Positions 1-12,100 of a stretch of 64,000 nt of DNA are shown piece by piece (the stretch's first letter is position 1; each line of letters begins with the position of its first letter). Both the position numbers and the translations under genes were made by a program. The stretch spans positions 1,925,667 through 1,989,666 of the forward strand of contig NW_019091356.1 of assembly GCF_001949145.1 (NCBI RefSeq), in the 5' to 3' direction. The notes below the pieces were generated by a model that was given only the letters and a program-made list of their open reading frames with translations, did no database searches and was not told the origin of the DNA. This DNA is from Acanthaster planci. Its lineage: Eukaryota.

Positions 1-301
1 CACTAATCACAGTGGGTTTTTGTGTACATTCAGTTGAAGAATGATCACGTGATTATACATGATCAAGTAAGCTGTCCTTGTGACTTTCTTTTACCAACGT
101 TAAGAAGCGGTAAATGTGAGACTGGCATTATTGCATATTTGTATGTAATTCTTGAATCATTGTACATTCTTGTAAAGACACAAGACTTCAAAAGTGTCAG
201 GATGTCTTTTTTCTTTGAACAATTAGCAAACAGAATTCTGCTCCAGGAAGGCAAGCCCATGAGTATCTTTCAGTGTGGTTGTATTATTGATGATCCTACA
301 G

Positions 302-484
302 GTGATGGACATTGTTGTCCACTGCCTGGACTCAGGCCAGCTCAAGACCAAGGGACTCTTAGAGATCTTCCCTTGCATCTGTCGCTTCAACATGCTCAGC
401 TACTGCCACAACACCAAGAAGACGGCAGCCGGCGCCAAGACGGGCCTCATCGCCATCTACGACGCCAAGACGGGCAAGTCACAG
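302..484 (+). CDS. WDR7: WDR7 antepenultimate coding exon
   Basis: tacag|GTGATG ... TCACAG|gttagt; 183 nt, phase 0-0. Confidence 0.9.
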
Positions 485-3400
485 GTTAGTCCTTTTGTTA
501 TGAGAATGTGGATGTAGAGGAGGAATTTTCGCGTGAAGTGTGAGCCAGTCATGATTGTTTTACTTCAGATTTGTCTTCTTGTATTTGGCCAGGAGGAAAT
601 GTCTGATCTGTAGGGGCTTACCCAGCACTTCTACCCAGTAACTGCTCCCCTTCCACATGGTATTCATGAAACGACCCTATCTCATGCAGACCCATGCCCA
701 CTTCCATATCTCCTTGATCTATCAAATTTACAGGTGTCAATAGTCCTATTTCCAGCAATCTCTAAATACGTTTGTGGGTCATCTTCGGTCCTACATTTAT
801 TGGAGTCTTATCATTTTAATTATTTAACCATTTGGGTTTAAAGAATTGTCTTTGCGATTTGTTTGGTTTTGAATTAATTTTCTAATTTGATTTTTAATTT
901 GTGCTTTGTTTGTTTGAAAATAACTCAGTTGTCTACGGCTGAATTAACAAAAATACCCGAGAAATGTGGAATTTGGCTTGCGACCCATAGGTACAAACGA
1001 AAGACTGCTCTTAAAAACAGACACACCCAATCCCGATGTTCATGTCTTTCTTCTGCCACAGTCCATTTCTGGCCACACCACTGCTGTCACAGCTCTGTCT
1101 TTCTCCCCTGATGGCAAGTACATGGCCTCTTATGCCTTTGGTGACACCAAGCTCTGCTTCTGGCAGGTAAGTAGCTCTGATCACATATCATTTTCAGATT
1201 CTCTGATGTCAATTTGTGGCACTTTGGGGGATGTTGGTGTTATTTTGGTAGATACCAGTGAGCAGTTTTTGCGGTGAATTTGTGATGTTTGTCATCCGAG
1301 ATCATCTTGTTTCAAATGTTTAGGGATTTTCATAACAAGTGACCTTGTAATCCTGGGTTGATCAAAGCCTTATATTCATAAAGTTTATTTATTATCCACA
1401 CCCCTTTCTAAACTGACCCCAATAAAGACCATTGCCACGCCCGTGGCTGGAGTGATGAAACTGGTAAGTGCCAACAAAACAGCCCCTTTGGTGTGCGATG
1501 CCATTTGCTTATGTCATTTGGCTATATTTGTATATTTGAGTTATGCATTGACGGTAGAGGGCAGTAGATATAGGTATTGTGTATTATTTGAAGCCATCTT
1601 ATGCCTCGGATGGTTACCCTTTCCCAATAACTTTGCGGCATCAGTTATAGGCTATGTCAAGAACCCTCACCCTTGGGCCACCCTCTTGCCAACACCCAAA
1701 TCTTTGGTTGCAATCTAGATAGTAGATGCACGCATACAGTTTGATCATTCATTACACCTTATGCATATTTATGAGCCAGTGCACTTACTTCATTGGTCCA
1801 TATTCCAGTTCTGTCCACGAATCAAAATAATGAGCTCCTTCAATGTGTTCCTGGAATTTTAACAGCCGCCTCTGATGTACTGTTCCACTTGTTTTAGTTG
1901 CACTGTTCTAAGCAAGTTTTGGTACCCAAATTAAAAATTTTGATAAATTAAAATGATAATGCATCTTGTAAATATGCATCAAGTGTAATGAAACAATCGC
2001 AGTGTGGTTTAACTGTGGGTACAGTCAAATTGGTAAATTGTCGAAGCAGTCCAAACCCTCAAGACCTCAGAACTAGAAAGAATGCATCCTTTCGGACTGA
2101 TTTCACGTGTGTGTGTGTATTGAAGCAAGGTTGTTATCTTGTATGAGTGATTGCGCATGGCTTACATAGTGTGGACTGTGGACCTCCGCACAAAAGAAGT
2201 CCACATAATGTAGGGTTAGAAAGCATTGTGTGGTCTCACACATGTCCACACAGTGTTTTGCCCTCTCTGAGAAACCACTTCAGAGGCATTTTGGGGTCAG
2301 GGTAATCCATAGAAAAATGAAGAGGAACACTCCAGGAAATCATCAAACATCCAGCTGAAAGACGTATGCTAACCAAGAGAAAAGGGAGCATTTTGGCCAA
2401 GTTTCTTGACCATAGGAGAACAGCAGAGTGTCCACACTGAGTATGTGAAACAAGCATGTGTGTGTGTGTGTACACGACTACAGGACATGCACAGTGCATG
2501 GACACAGTTGCATGGATTGTAGCCATAGAGTGTGATACATGTATAAGTTGTTGATGGCAGACAAGCCCTTTTAGTAATTTCTTTCTCTACTGACATGATT
2601 TCAGTGTGTGGAGACGCATGTTGTCCAGTCGGTTGAGGGAACAGGTGCTGTTTATGTTTGGTCTCCAAGTATGAAACACAGATTACCCAGTTGAGATGTC
2701 TGGTTTGTTCCACAGCCTGATTGTTCTCGTCAAACGAATGCCGTTTGCACGAATTGGGTGCCACATTGTTGATCTGTGTGGTTCTGTTAGTGGGCAGCAG
2801 CTCGTGTCGGAGTTTGTGTTGGAAAGTTTGCAGAGTGAGGTCATTTCGTGGACAGACTTAATTTTACTGAGCATGCATGGTTGCGGAAATCTATCACGAT
2901 TTTTTTTTTTTTATGAGTTCCAGAGTCAGTGAACCTGAGGCGTGGTCCAAAAAGTTCTGGGGATCTTAAGCAACAACAAATTAAAAGCAGAAAACAAAAA
3001 CGCAAGATGAGAACGAGACAACACCCCCAAATAGTCGAAAACAAATGTTGGTTAAGTTGATAAACTTTGTACCATGGATTGTGAAAAAACTGGAAATTCC
3101 GGTCTAAATACCCTGAAGCAAAGGTACTATCTCCCATACTCAAAACTTTCCGGGATACCGTGCCTCTGTAACACAGGATCTGTTTGTCATTGCTGGCCCT
3201 TCAAGTGCATCAACACATATTTCTGTTTGCAGTTGACTCCCAATGTAAAGCAGAACCGTAGTGTCAAAATGCTGTTATTACGAGTAAGTTTTGTAAATCC
3301 CAATGACTTGAATTCTTTGTGTCTCTCTTAGTTTTTTTTGGCCACTCCTCTTTTAACGCAGTCCTGGTAATAACAAAGTCATTTGTGTGGTCCCTGTAAC

Positions 3401-3880
3401 CTAATTGCAATAAGAGTTGACTGTATTGCATCATGGTCCATAGTGTAATTCGACCACCAGAGTTAGAAGCCATTACTGCGGTGGCACAACAGGTGGTACG
3501 CGCACATTACATGCCTCTTTGACCAATAGGGTGTCGTGATTTACCAGATGCACACGCGCATCGAACTGAAGAATGTGCATGCGAGTCTGGTGCCACTGCA
3601 GTTATGGCGTCTAATCGAATTAGTCTATTCAAAAATTCATTCCATTTGAGATGATGAACTGGAAACTAATTGTGGTTGTTTTCTATCGGGTCAGACTGGC
3701 AGTGCGCTTCTTGGGGGCATGATCAGCTCCTCTACCAAGTGCGTCAAGGCCTTCAAGACCAGGCCGTTCACCGGTTCTTTCACGGCCAACCAACTACGCC
3801 AGGTCACCCTGTCCTGGCCCCAACCCAGAGCCGTCATTCTCAAGTACATGGACGGCTCCATGGACAAATTCCAGCTGTAA
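302..3880 (+). CDS. WDR7: WD repeat-containing protein 7 (Rabconnectin-3 beta), 3' part; last three coding exons 302-484, 1062-1166, 3695-3880 (5' part upstream of window)
   Basis: Phase-0 GT-AG joins give VMDIVVHCLDSGQLKTKGLLEIFPCICRFNMLSYCHNTKKTAAGAKTGLIAIYDAKTGKSQ|SISGHTTAVTALSFSPDGKYMASYAFGDTKLCFWQ|TGSALLGGMISSSTKCVKAFKT...VILKYMDGSMDKFQL*. This follows the WDR7 C-terminus as I recall it (VMDI..CL..KGL...FP.ICRF..., GH..TA..F.PDG.Y.A.Y, ...DG...F). Contains a WD40 repeat. Confidence 0.93.
1062..1166 (+). CDS. WDR7: WDR7 penultimate coding exon (WD40 repeat)
   Basis: ccacag|TCC ... TGGCAG|gtaagt; 105 nt; GHTTAVTALSFSPDGKYMAS WD40 signature. Confidence 0.92.
1428..1463 (+). CDS. WDR7: Candidate 36-nt alternative cassette exon of WDR7 (TIATPVAGVMKL)
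   Basis: Branch-like CTGAC, then aag| acceptor and a strong CTG|gtaagt donor; multiple of 3, phase 0-0, no stop. Confidence 0.5.
3233..3283 (+). CDS. WDR7: Candidate 51-nt alternative cassette exon of WDR7 (LTPNVKQNRSVKMLLLR)
   Basis: tttctgtttgcag| acceptor and CGA|gtaagt donor; multiple of 3, phase 0-0, no stop. Confidence 0.45.
3463..3614. mobile_element. MITE-like inverted-repeat element in the last WDR7 intron
   Basis: Left arm TTAGAAGCCATTACTGCGGTGGCAC; reverse complement of right arm TTAGACGCCATAACTGCAGTGGCAC. Confidence 0.65.
3695..3880 (+). CDS. WDR7: WDR7 terminal coding exon
   Basis: gtcag|ACTGGC ... CAGCTGTAA; 186 nt in frame with the preceding exon. This frame is not in the ORF track. 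Confidence 0.88.
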   Translation, partial: TGSALLGGMISSSTKCVKAFKTRPFTGSFTANQLRQVTLSWPQPRAVILKYMDGSMDKFQL

Positions 3881-4281
3881 GGAAGACCAGTCCATTTCGG
3901 TAGACTCTGCCAGCAATCTTTAAGTTAACCTGAGGGAGCTTCTGTTCCCATGAGAACATGGCTTGTTCCAGTTGAGAACGCCTGTGGTTCCCACCGAGAA
4001 CCAAAGCGCGGTCTCAAATGGTGGCCCATGTGCATACACACTGACTCTGGAGCAATGTAATTTTATTCCAAGTGGTAATGAGAACGCTGTCAAAACATAT
4101 TTACTACACGGGCAGAAATTCCTGTAACAGTGTTATTTCACAAGAGGGGGTCCCCGTAAAGTTGGTGCATTCGTCAGTTGGAAACACTGCTGATGGCTTC
4201 CTTGATATGGGCTTAGTCCGAGGGCTGCTAAGCAGTTGTTATGGATTTCAGCCCTTGAGCTGGGGTTTTGCAAGGATATGA

Positions 4282-4287
4282 AATAAA
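4282..4287 (+). promoter_or_regulatory. Candidate polyadenylation signal of WDR7
   Basis: AATAAA about 400 nt after the stop codon. More distal sites are possible. Confidence 0.35.
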
Positions 4288-7200
4288 AACCATGCGTCAT
4301 GCATCTCAGTTGCAATATTGTGAGCACTTGCCTAGTTTTACTAAAGCAATTCCATCAAAAATGTGATTCAAGTTCCAAATGTTCATAATGCTTGGCGTAT
4401 TTGCAAAAACTTATATACAGTTATGTAAAAGATTTTGATTATACATTGAAAGTGTTCCACCCCCATTTCTATGTTAGAGACCCCACCCACTGTCTCATAT
4501 CCCATTTCAGCTTGCAAAACAATGTTTCATCCCCACTTTCTTCCTGCGTAGCGGGTTACCAGTCATCACTGATGTTATATCCAGCCCTGTAGACACAATT
4601 AGCAACATTTGCACTGAATTATGTCTCTGTAATGGTTTTATCATGTTGTATATTGTTTCTATCTGTTCCCCCGTACTCGATCTTATCCAACTATGTTTGA
4701 AACGACCAGCATTATGTGAAAACTTGAATGTTTATGACATTTTTTTTTTCATCTGCCTGGAACCAAACAATAACCCATTGAGAAACTAGTCGGTTGATGC
4801 TGTGCCGGGCACGGTATCACCTTTAATGTGAATTTATGTAGAATCTGGTCCTTGGACCGTTATCTTGTCACACAGCCTCACATGTGCATGCGGAGTCAGG
4901 CTTAGGGTGCCGTTTTCCTGAGGGTCCACATCTCATACGACACCGACATGAAAATGTTGCTGGTTTCAGACACCTTTTAAAAACAATTTCGTGCTGAAAA
5001 TCAGGAGGCCTTGTTGTCTTTGGTGCTCAGCCGCTGCAGTTAGCTCTATCAATCAACCCCAACAAAATGTGAATTGTAGTAGAACACTTGGTGTCATATT
5101 CTCATCTTTCGATGTAAGCCTCAAATCTGTTTCTATAATTATCAATTGTGTACTGCTTGTGTAATTTTTCTGTAAAGGCTGGACATTATTTAAATATTTT
5201 ATTTCAAATGGAATGAATTATACAGAGAATCACGTGTTTAGAAATATTGACTTGTACATGTAAAAAAAATATTGTTCACTACTGTATAACAAGTACTCTA
5301 TTGCATTGCGCGTTGGAGATGTCAGCGAGGATTGTAACAAACAGGAATAAGAGATCTGAACATCTCGGCTGTATAACTGCAGAGATCCCTTTTTCTTGGT
5401 AAAAGTTTTGTGTGTACTTGAAGACGCCCATTTTTGATACATTGGCAAAGTTTGAATTCAGTTGGACAAGGGTTTATTGGTACAATCTTAATATTCAAAC
5501 GACTGGGCTCTGTCCATGAGCGCTTTTCTCTGTTTTTTCCCTCCGTCGTGTGGTATCCAATTTGTGCGGTACGTGCAATTTTCCACGGTAAACTCGTGAC
5601 GGCTCGGTGTGACAGATTTCCGTTGCGGTGATAATGAAGAAAATGAGTAAGGAGTATTGAGTATGAGTTTTTCGCCTCTGTTCTTTTGGGATGCCGACAG
5701 AATTGCCTTCTTTCGAGATTTTAAAATCAAGCCTGCATTTGGGTGTCGTAAGTTTGTGGCTCTCTACTGAACAACTCGCATCCTAACTTTAATTGAATTG
5801 AAAAATTGAAAAAGATTGGAGGATTTTGGTGATCTTTCAGGCTTGGCACGCTGCCAGAAAATGGAGGACTTGCTTTCACCCAATTTGAAAAAGCCGAGAC
5901 CGTCGTAAATTGGTGAGCGCGCCAGTGCAATTGGGGGTCGTTCTGTCTGCGTAGTTTGTCGTCCGTTTGGCCCCGAGTTGTATTGATTTTTTGCATTAGT
6001 GGTCTGCGCATTAACGACAATGTACGACAATTAAATCCCTCGTTGGCTGATCACGTGGATACGTAACTAGCGGCACAGCTGTTGAAAAATACTCGGTGGA
6101 AAAGTGGGGTTGAAAGGGCCAAGGACTGAGAGCCTGTTTCTTATTGTGGTTCATAATTGCAACCGTGCTGGATGGTCATGTAAATTTCAATGATTGGCAT
6201 AGTAGAGAGGCTTGCGTATGAGGTAAACATTTTCGAGAAACCAATGTTGGGAATAGAGAAAAATCTCGACCATAACAATGCCATTCGTAGGAAGCCTGAT
6301 ATTTATTAATGACCAACGAGTAACTCAAGAAATTATCGATAGAAAGCTGGTAATGCAAGCGTCAACAGGGACGGAAACCTCTTCGAAAAGACACGGTTTT
6401 ACCTTTTCTGGTCCCATCTGTCTTTAATGTTTTCAACTCTCCTTGAAAAAAGTTTCCGTGTTGCAAACATCAGTGGAGTCGGATTCGATTAACACGCATC
6501 GCAGTTTGCGTTAGTCGCTCGTGGTTTCCTCGAAGAAACGTGAATTTCGGATGGGAAATCGTAGTCGATTAATACGAAGGGGGCCATCCTCCGAGGGGAA
6601 TTTTTTCTTTGACGAAATACAATTGCTTTCAATAGTAAGGTCTCAAGCCCACAAAATAAGCCTCACCATCGAGAAAAGTCACAAATGTTTACATAATGGA
6701 TCACATATTTTTTGGCCCCGCCCCTGAAAAAATGTCCCTCTCGAAAGTCCTGTTCTGGACCCCCCCCTTGAAATTGTATGCATGTAGTTCTTTCCTTGAA
6801 TTGAAAATAAACGACAATGAAAGCCAGATAAGTCTTAAGTTGAGAGCAGTAATTTTAGGTTTTGCTTCTCTGCAACAGGTGACTTTTGGATGGCTCCGCT
6901 TCGCCAGTAAAATAAGCGAGCGTTAGGCCTATACACGATTTATATCCTGATACCCGTCTGGTTCACAGTTGCTATTAGATTCTGTCATTTCCTATGAGCA
7001 CTTGATGTACATCAGTAACACAGTCGACTTGATAATCCGACAGCAGTCGTGACCACGATAATTGTAACATCCTTGAGGAGGTGTTGCCCTTTCGTTACAT
7101 AACGTGAGTGTACATAATTACCATGGAAATATCTTTTTTCGTGAAATGAGCTTGCATAATTTTACTGTTTATTGGAGTTGCAACGTAACACTGCTCGGTG

Positions 7201-7401
7201 GGATGATGGTAAAGACGAAGTTATAAAGACATATGCATACTTTTTCTTATGAAAATAATGATGGGAAACTAAACTGGAAGGAACAGTGTGAAATGTCCCC
7301 TTTTAGCTGTTTGTTTTATGAACAAGACTTTGAAGCCGATGGCGAAAGCCAGACACCCCGAAGCTCCTAATTTGATTATAAAGATGAACAAAGAAATTGA
7401 C

Positions 7402-7477
7402 TGGAGCGCTAGCGGGATTTGAACCTGCAGCCTCTGGAATACCGTACCAGTGGTCTACCAACTGAGCTACCCAGCCC
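7402..7477 (-). repeat. tRNA-derived repeat (SINE-like or tRNA pseudogene)
   Basis: Minus strand GGGCTGGGTAGCTCAGTTGGTAGACCACTGG...GGTTCAAATCCCGCTAGCGCTCCA has intact Pol III A and B boxes. The acceptor stem does not pair, so it is not a canonical tRNA. Confidence 0.7.
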
Positions 7478-8236
7478 TATGGCGCTTCCCACTTGTCAAC
7501 ACCTCTGTTCGGAGGGCGCTACCCAGAAGCCATTAAACCTGAAACACTATGTGGCCAGGGATCACTTACCAATTACACGCGATGCAACCTGGGAAGTGGT
7601 GAACAGGGATACGGCTTTTTGGAACATAAATCATGAAACAAATCATGTCAGGAAACTGACTAGGTGTTTATAAGTAAGCCTTTAATTTGATAGAGATCCA
7701 TACAAAGGGTCAAGAACCTTTTGGCAACTGTGCTGATTGCATGCTGACCTCAGAAGAGTTCAATACTGTAATAATCACTGCTATCTTTAGAACGTGACAT
7801 CCAGGCGAGTTTGCATTACGGAGCAACTAAAAGGACTCTTATATCAAATCGGTATCCAGTTCTGGATACCAAGAAAATTCCGGCTTTTTTCTGTTTGTTT
7901 CTTTTGGGGGGGGCATTGCAGTGCGAGGGTACGCTATCTCTGTTTCTAAATCAGACATTTTCGTTGGCATCAAAAGACCCGAGGGCGTATTCGAAAGGGG
8001 TCAACGGCATATGGATATTGGGGTAGGCCCTATATGCTGCCAGGGGTTGAGGCTAAGACGGTCACTGGACACAAGGTTTTCAACCTTGACCTTTGTAAAC
8101 CTGGCGTCATCAGACTGCACTATATTGGGACCTACATCCATAAAAGGTGTCTTAATGTACACTCAATCCGATATTTTTTAATTAGCGTGTTGCAAGGATA
8201 ACGAGAATCGATACCTCATTAGCTGTACGGTGAAAC

Positions 8237-8541
8237 ATGAGATGCTACAACTACGTGGTTGACCGTTCCAAGCAATCGACGAGAGGCCTGTGGTAAATTT
8301 GCCTGGTAATTAAGAAATACCATTTCCGTCAACCAGATCGGCTGACGGTTGTTGGATGCATCACAAATAGTCCAGCGCTAATTTTGTTTGTGTGCTTTAT
8401 GACTACAATGACTGGATCAATAAGGACACGTACGAGGTCACGCAAGCGTCACTAGCACTCAGCGCTAGGATAGAAGACGAACAAGCGCGTTTTGAGTGGA
8501 ACTCTGGGAACCTTGTACGGAGGTATCTAAAGGACGCATGA
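8237..8541 (+). pseudogene. Probable decayed PIF/Harbinger-type transposase C-terminal fragment
   Basis: Reads MRCYNYVVDRSKQSTRGLW*ICLVIKKYHFRQPD...SPALILFVC, then after a frameshift VLYDY...EDEQ...GNLVRRYLKDA*. Spacing resembles the FN..SR.R..VE.AFG.LK.RFR.L...II.ACCVLHN...G...R.L pattern. Recognised by eye only. Confidence 0.4.
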
Positions 8542-9123
8542 CATTGTGCTTATACACAATTATTAAGACAATGTTGAAGATAAATTGAAACATTGGGAAA
8601 TGCTTTTGAAAGATTTTGTTTTTATTTGTATTTTCCTAGGTTTAAATGAAACTGTTTAACAAATAAATGGCGTTAACGCGATGATTTCTGCATTTTTGTG
8701 TATTTTCCCTTGTGCTAATGAAATGGAAACCAGTTGTATACAGTTACATTGATTTTATCAATTTCTGTTTTATGTACATGTGCCCTTCATGCTATGAATT
8801 AAACTCCACCTTCTTACTCGTCAGTTTCAACCTAGTCCTATATTCTTGTTACATGTGTCCATTATATGCCTCCTTAGTTTTCCACTTGACGTGAGATCAG
8901 TACTTCTGATTGTTGCAGACCAGACGGGTAACTAAGGATATAGAACGCACAGGAAAAAAATTATTGGTGTTGTTTTGCTGGGGTGTTGCGTTGAGCGCGA
9001 GTTCAGTGAAAAAAATAAAATTGGCTAGCGTTTACTGACAGTTTCAGCCAAGAGATACAAATGATTTGTAAGTTTGCGACTGTTAGAAGCCAATGCAACT
9101 GCCGTTGCAGTCCAGTAGGCCCA

Positions 9124-12100
9124 ATGGCCCCGGTACGGGCAGGTAGGAGTGTACGCCGTGAATGGATGTCGCTCATTGTTTTCTTGATGCTAGCTGTGGG
9201 AGGAAAAGCTCAAAATGACCAAGGTAAATTATCTCAATAGATACTGCGTTGTTTCTTCCTCTCTGTTTTAGACCCACACAATTTTATTGTTAACTTATTA
9301 ATGCATCAATTCATGTCAACCAATGGTCCTTCGCTGGTGAGTTATTTAATATTGTTTGCCTGTTACTCAGTAGCTTATTGTATAATTTGTCCGCTTGCTT
9401 CCCATCACTAGCTAACTGTTGGTTTCAAAATGGGTTATTTGCGTAGACAGGCTTTTGCTAGTTTAGGTGTCGCTGTATGTATACCTTAATGCACGCATGC
9501 GGAAATCTCTTGTATTGTGAACAAACTGGAAAGATGCCCATTTTTTTTCTCTCCAAGATTGCAAGCCCTTGTGCACACACACCCAAGTGTGTGAACGCCT
9601 TTAATCGTGGACTCCCTATTGTTCCTCTTTTGTTCATACTTTACCTTTTTCGGAAGACCCCATATGTTTTGTACACGTTTTCCAACCGTGGGCTCTTCTG
9701 CAACCGTGGACCCTATTGTCCCCTATTGTTATAGGTCCACGATTGAAGGCGTTTACACACTCAAAAACACCCGCGATTGCTAAATTCATATCCCGTCCTC
9801 TATTGTTTTTTTAAAGGAAATTACTGAATTGCTATTGCGTACTTTGAAAATCATTTTGACAGACCCGGTGATCCCCGGAGCCTCCGACCTAGATCCAGTT
9901 GCCACCACCACCGACCTGTCGGTCCAGGCCGTGTCGTGCTCGGAGATCCACAACCAGGCCTTCGGGTACCAAGCGACCAAGCCGGGTGTGTGCTACCTGG
10001 CGGCCGAGGAGAAAGGCGTGTTCCTCGATGCCAGGGCCTACTGTCAAGGGCTGAACGACAGCCTGGGCTGGGATGTGGCCGACATCGAGGACGAGGTGGA
10101 GAATAAACTCATCCAAGACTCCCTGGGTACTTTGATGGCAAACGGCCAGCTCTCCTCGTAAGTTCTTTCAGCACGCCCCTCCCCAAAAGAAAATCTGAAT
10201 ACGTAATATGTTTGCTTTTGATATACCTACCCAATTCTAATTATGTGATTTTCATTACCTCAGAGTGCTGAGCTGTAATTTCTGCATATTATATTTTATA
10301 GAAAGATGGCATTAATTTATAAAATTCCAAAGAATATTACAAACTTAGGTGATGACACTGATACACAGCCACTCTTCTTAACAAGTTTGTAATGTGCTCC
10401 CTAACTGTTTAACCTGACTGCCATAAACTGATATACTATTAAGCAAAATAATCATCTGCGTGTATTAGACCCAATAACGTCATTCAATTTGCAACTAACA
10501 ATGTCTGACTTCCTTACGTCGAGTGGAATAAGTCCACGTGAGAATTGGTGTGTTGAAATAAACCGGTCATAATGCACTTTATTTCAGTAAAAGGAGGCCT
10601 ATGTTGAGTAGGTTTTCTTCCAAATTCAATTATTAATCGAATGTCTAATCACTGTTTGCTGATAATGTTGTCAGAAATAACCATTTCTTGATTATGGTAT
10701 TTCGAACTGCTGAAAGTTACGTACACTCTAAACGGACCAGTAAAATTTGACTAGAATTCAGTAAAATTTGACTAGCTCTTCGGGGTCAGCTGGGTGCAAC
10801 TGGAAACTAGTCAATCTGACTAGATTTTTTTGTCAGTTCACTGATATTTCAAAGGCATCGAATAGGAATCTTGTCAGAAAGCATGATTTGCCAACATTAG
10901 CGTGGGTGTTTGACTGAATCAGTAGTCAATTTTGACCAACTAGGACTAGGTTTTGACTAGGTTGTTTTAAGAGTGATACAATGCCAATTGTGTAAAACCT
11001 ATCTACAGTTCGGCCGACACATTCTGGATTGGTCAAAACGACTTGAAGACCGAGAACACGTGGAGGTATTTAAACGAGAGCTCCAACCGTTGCAACCGGA
11101 GCGTGTATCTAAACTGGAAAAGCAATCAACCCAACGGCGGCCTGAGACAGAACTGCATGGCCTACTTCTACTCTGACGGCGGAAACTTCCAGGACCGCAG
11201 CTGCGATGACCCCACTTACTACTATTTGTGCAAAGTCAAAATCACCTCCGGTAAGCACGACACAGATTGTACAGCGTTGCGTCTGAAAGCATTGGCTATA
11301 CGGCTGGCGCTTAAAACGTGCGCCAATGGAAGTTGTTGACCAGCTTCTTTAGTCCTTGCCCAGAGGAACGTGTGTAAATGGCAATCGTAGCCACTACCCG
11401 TGTCTTTTGAATAAAGCCTGACTTACACGAATCTTTACGGACTTTGGTCGAATCAGTTCGCATTTTTTTCACTCGTAATACAGTGTCTTTTTGTGTGAAT
11501 TGGTGATGCACTAAGATTTTGAAAGCTTTTCATTTGGCTCATAGCTAAAATTTTTGACTGTTTGATTGAATTATAAAACTGTGGACTATAAATTATTTTA
11601 AAGCTACATATGGGCCTAGTAAGCAAGGCAAAGGTTGAATCTTAAAAACGGTTGCTTTGCTCTTGTTCTGATCAGAATATTAACTGAACTGTATACAGAG
11701 AAGAGCACGGATCTCCGCAAGCTTGTGGAATTCTCTTTCGGACCATATACATATCTCAAAAAGTCTATTTGAGACTTATTCCTGATTTTGATGTGCTGGG
11801 TCACAAAATTAATTTGCAGACACCGTACCTTCCTGTCCCGACTTCGTTGAGGAGACGTCTACTGAAGCACCCGACGGTAAGCATAATCGTGGTCGGTTAA
11901 TGTAGCTAACGCCTTTGAATCCTGGAAGATTTACAGTGTGATAAATCACCCTCGAGCTTCTGCACGCATCAGCTTTTAACAGATGTGTATAAGAGCGGCT
12001 TGGCATTTTCTAACTAGGACGACATTAGTCGACAAAACGGCCTCGAATGTTTGGAACCTTGAGTTCGATATTATTGCCGTCAATAAATCAAGGATTGGGT

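Noticed and set aside
22..489. 155-aa plus-strand ORF
   Set aside because: Off-frame overlap with the WDR7 exon 302-484 plus intron sequence.
2605..2839. Further WDR7 cassette exons (2605-2644, 2716-2839)
   Set aside because: Lengths are not multiples of 3, donors are weak, and the second has an in-frame stop.
3670..3903. 77-aa ORF over the last WDR7 exon
   Set aside because: Wrong frame; the WDR7-like frame is 3695-3880.
7402..7477. Functional tRNA gene
   Set aside because: The acceptor stem cannot pair and the anticodon arm is irregular; treated as a tRNA-derived repeat.
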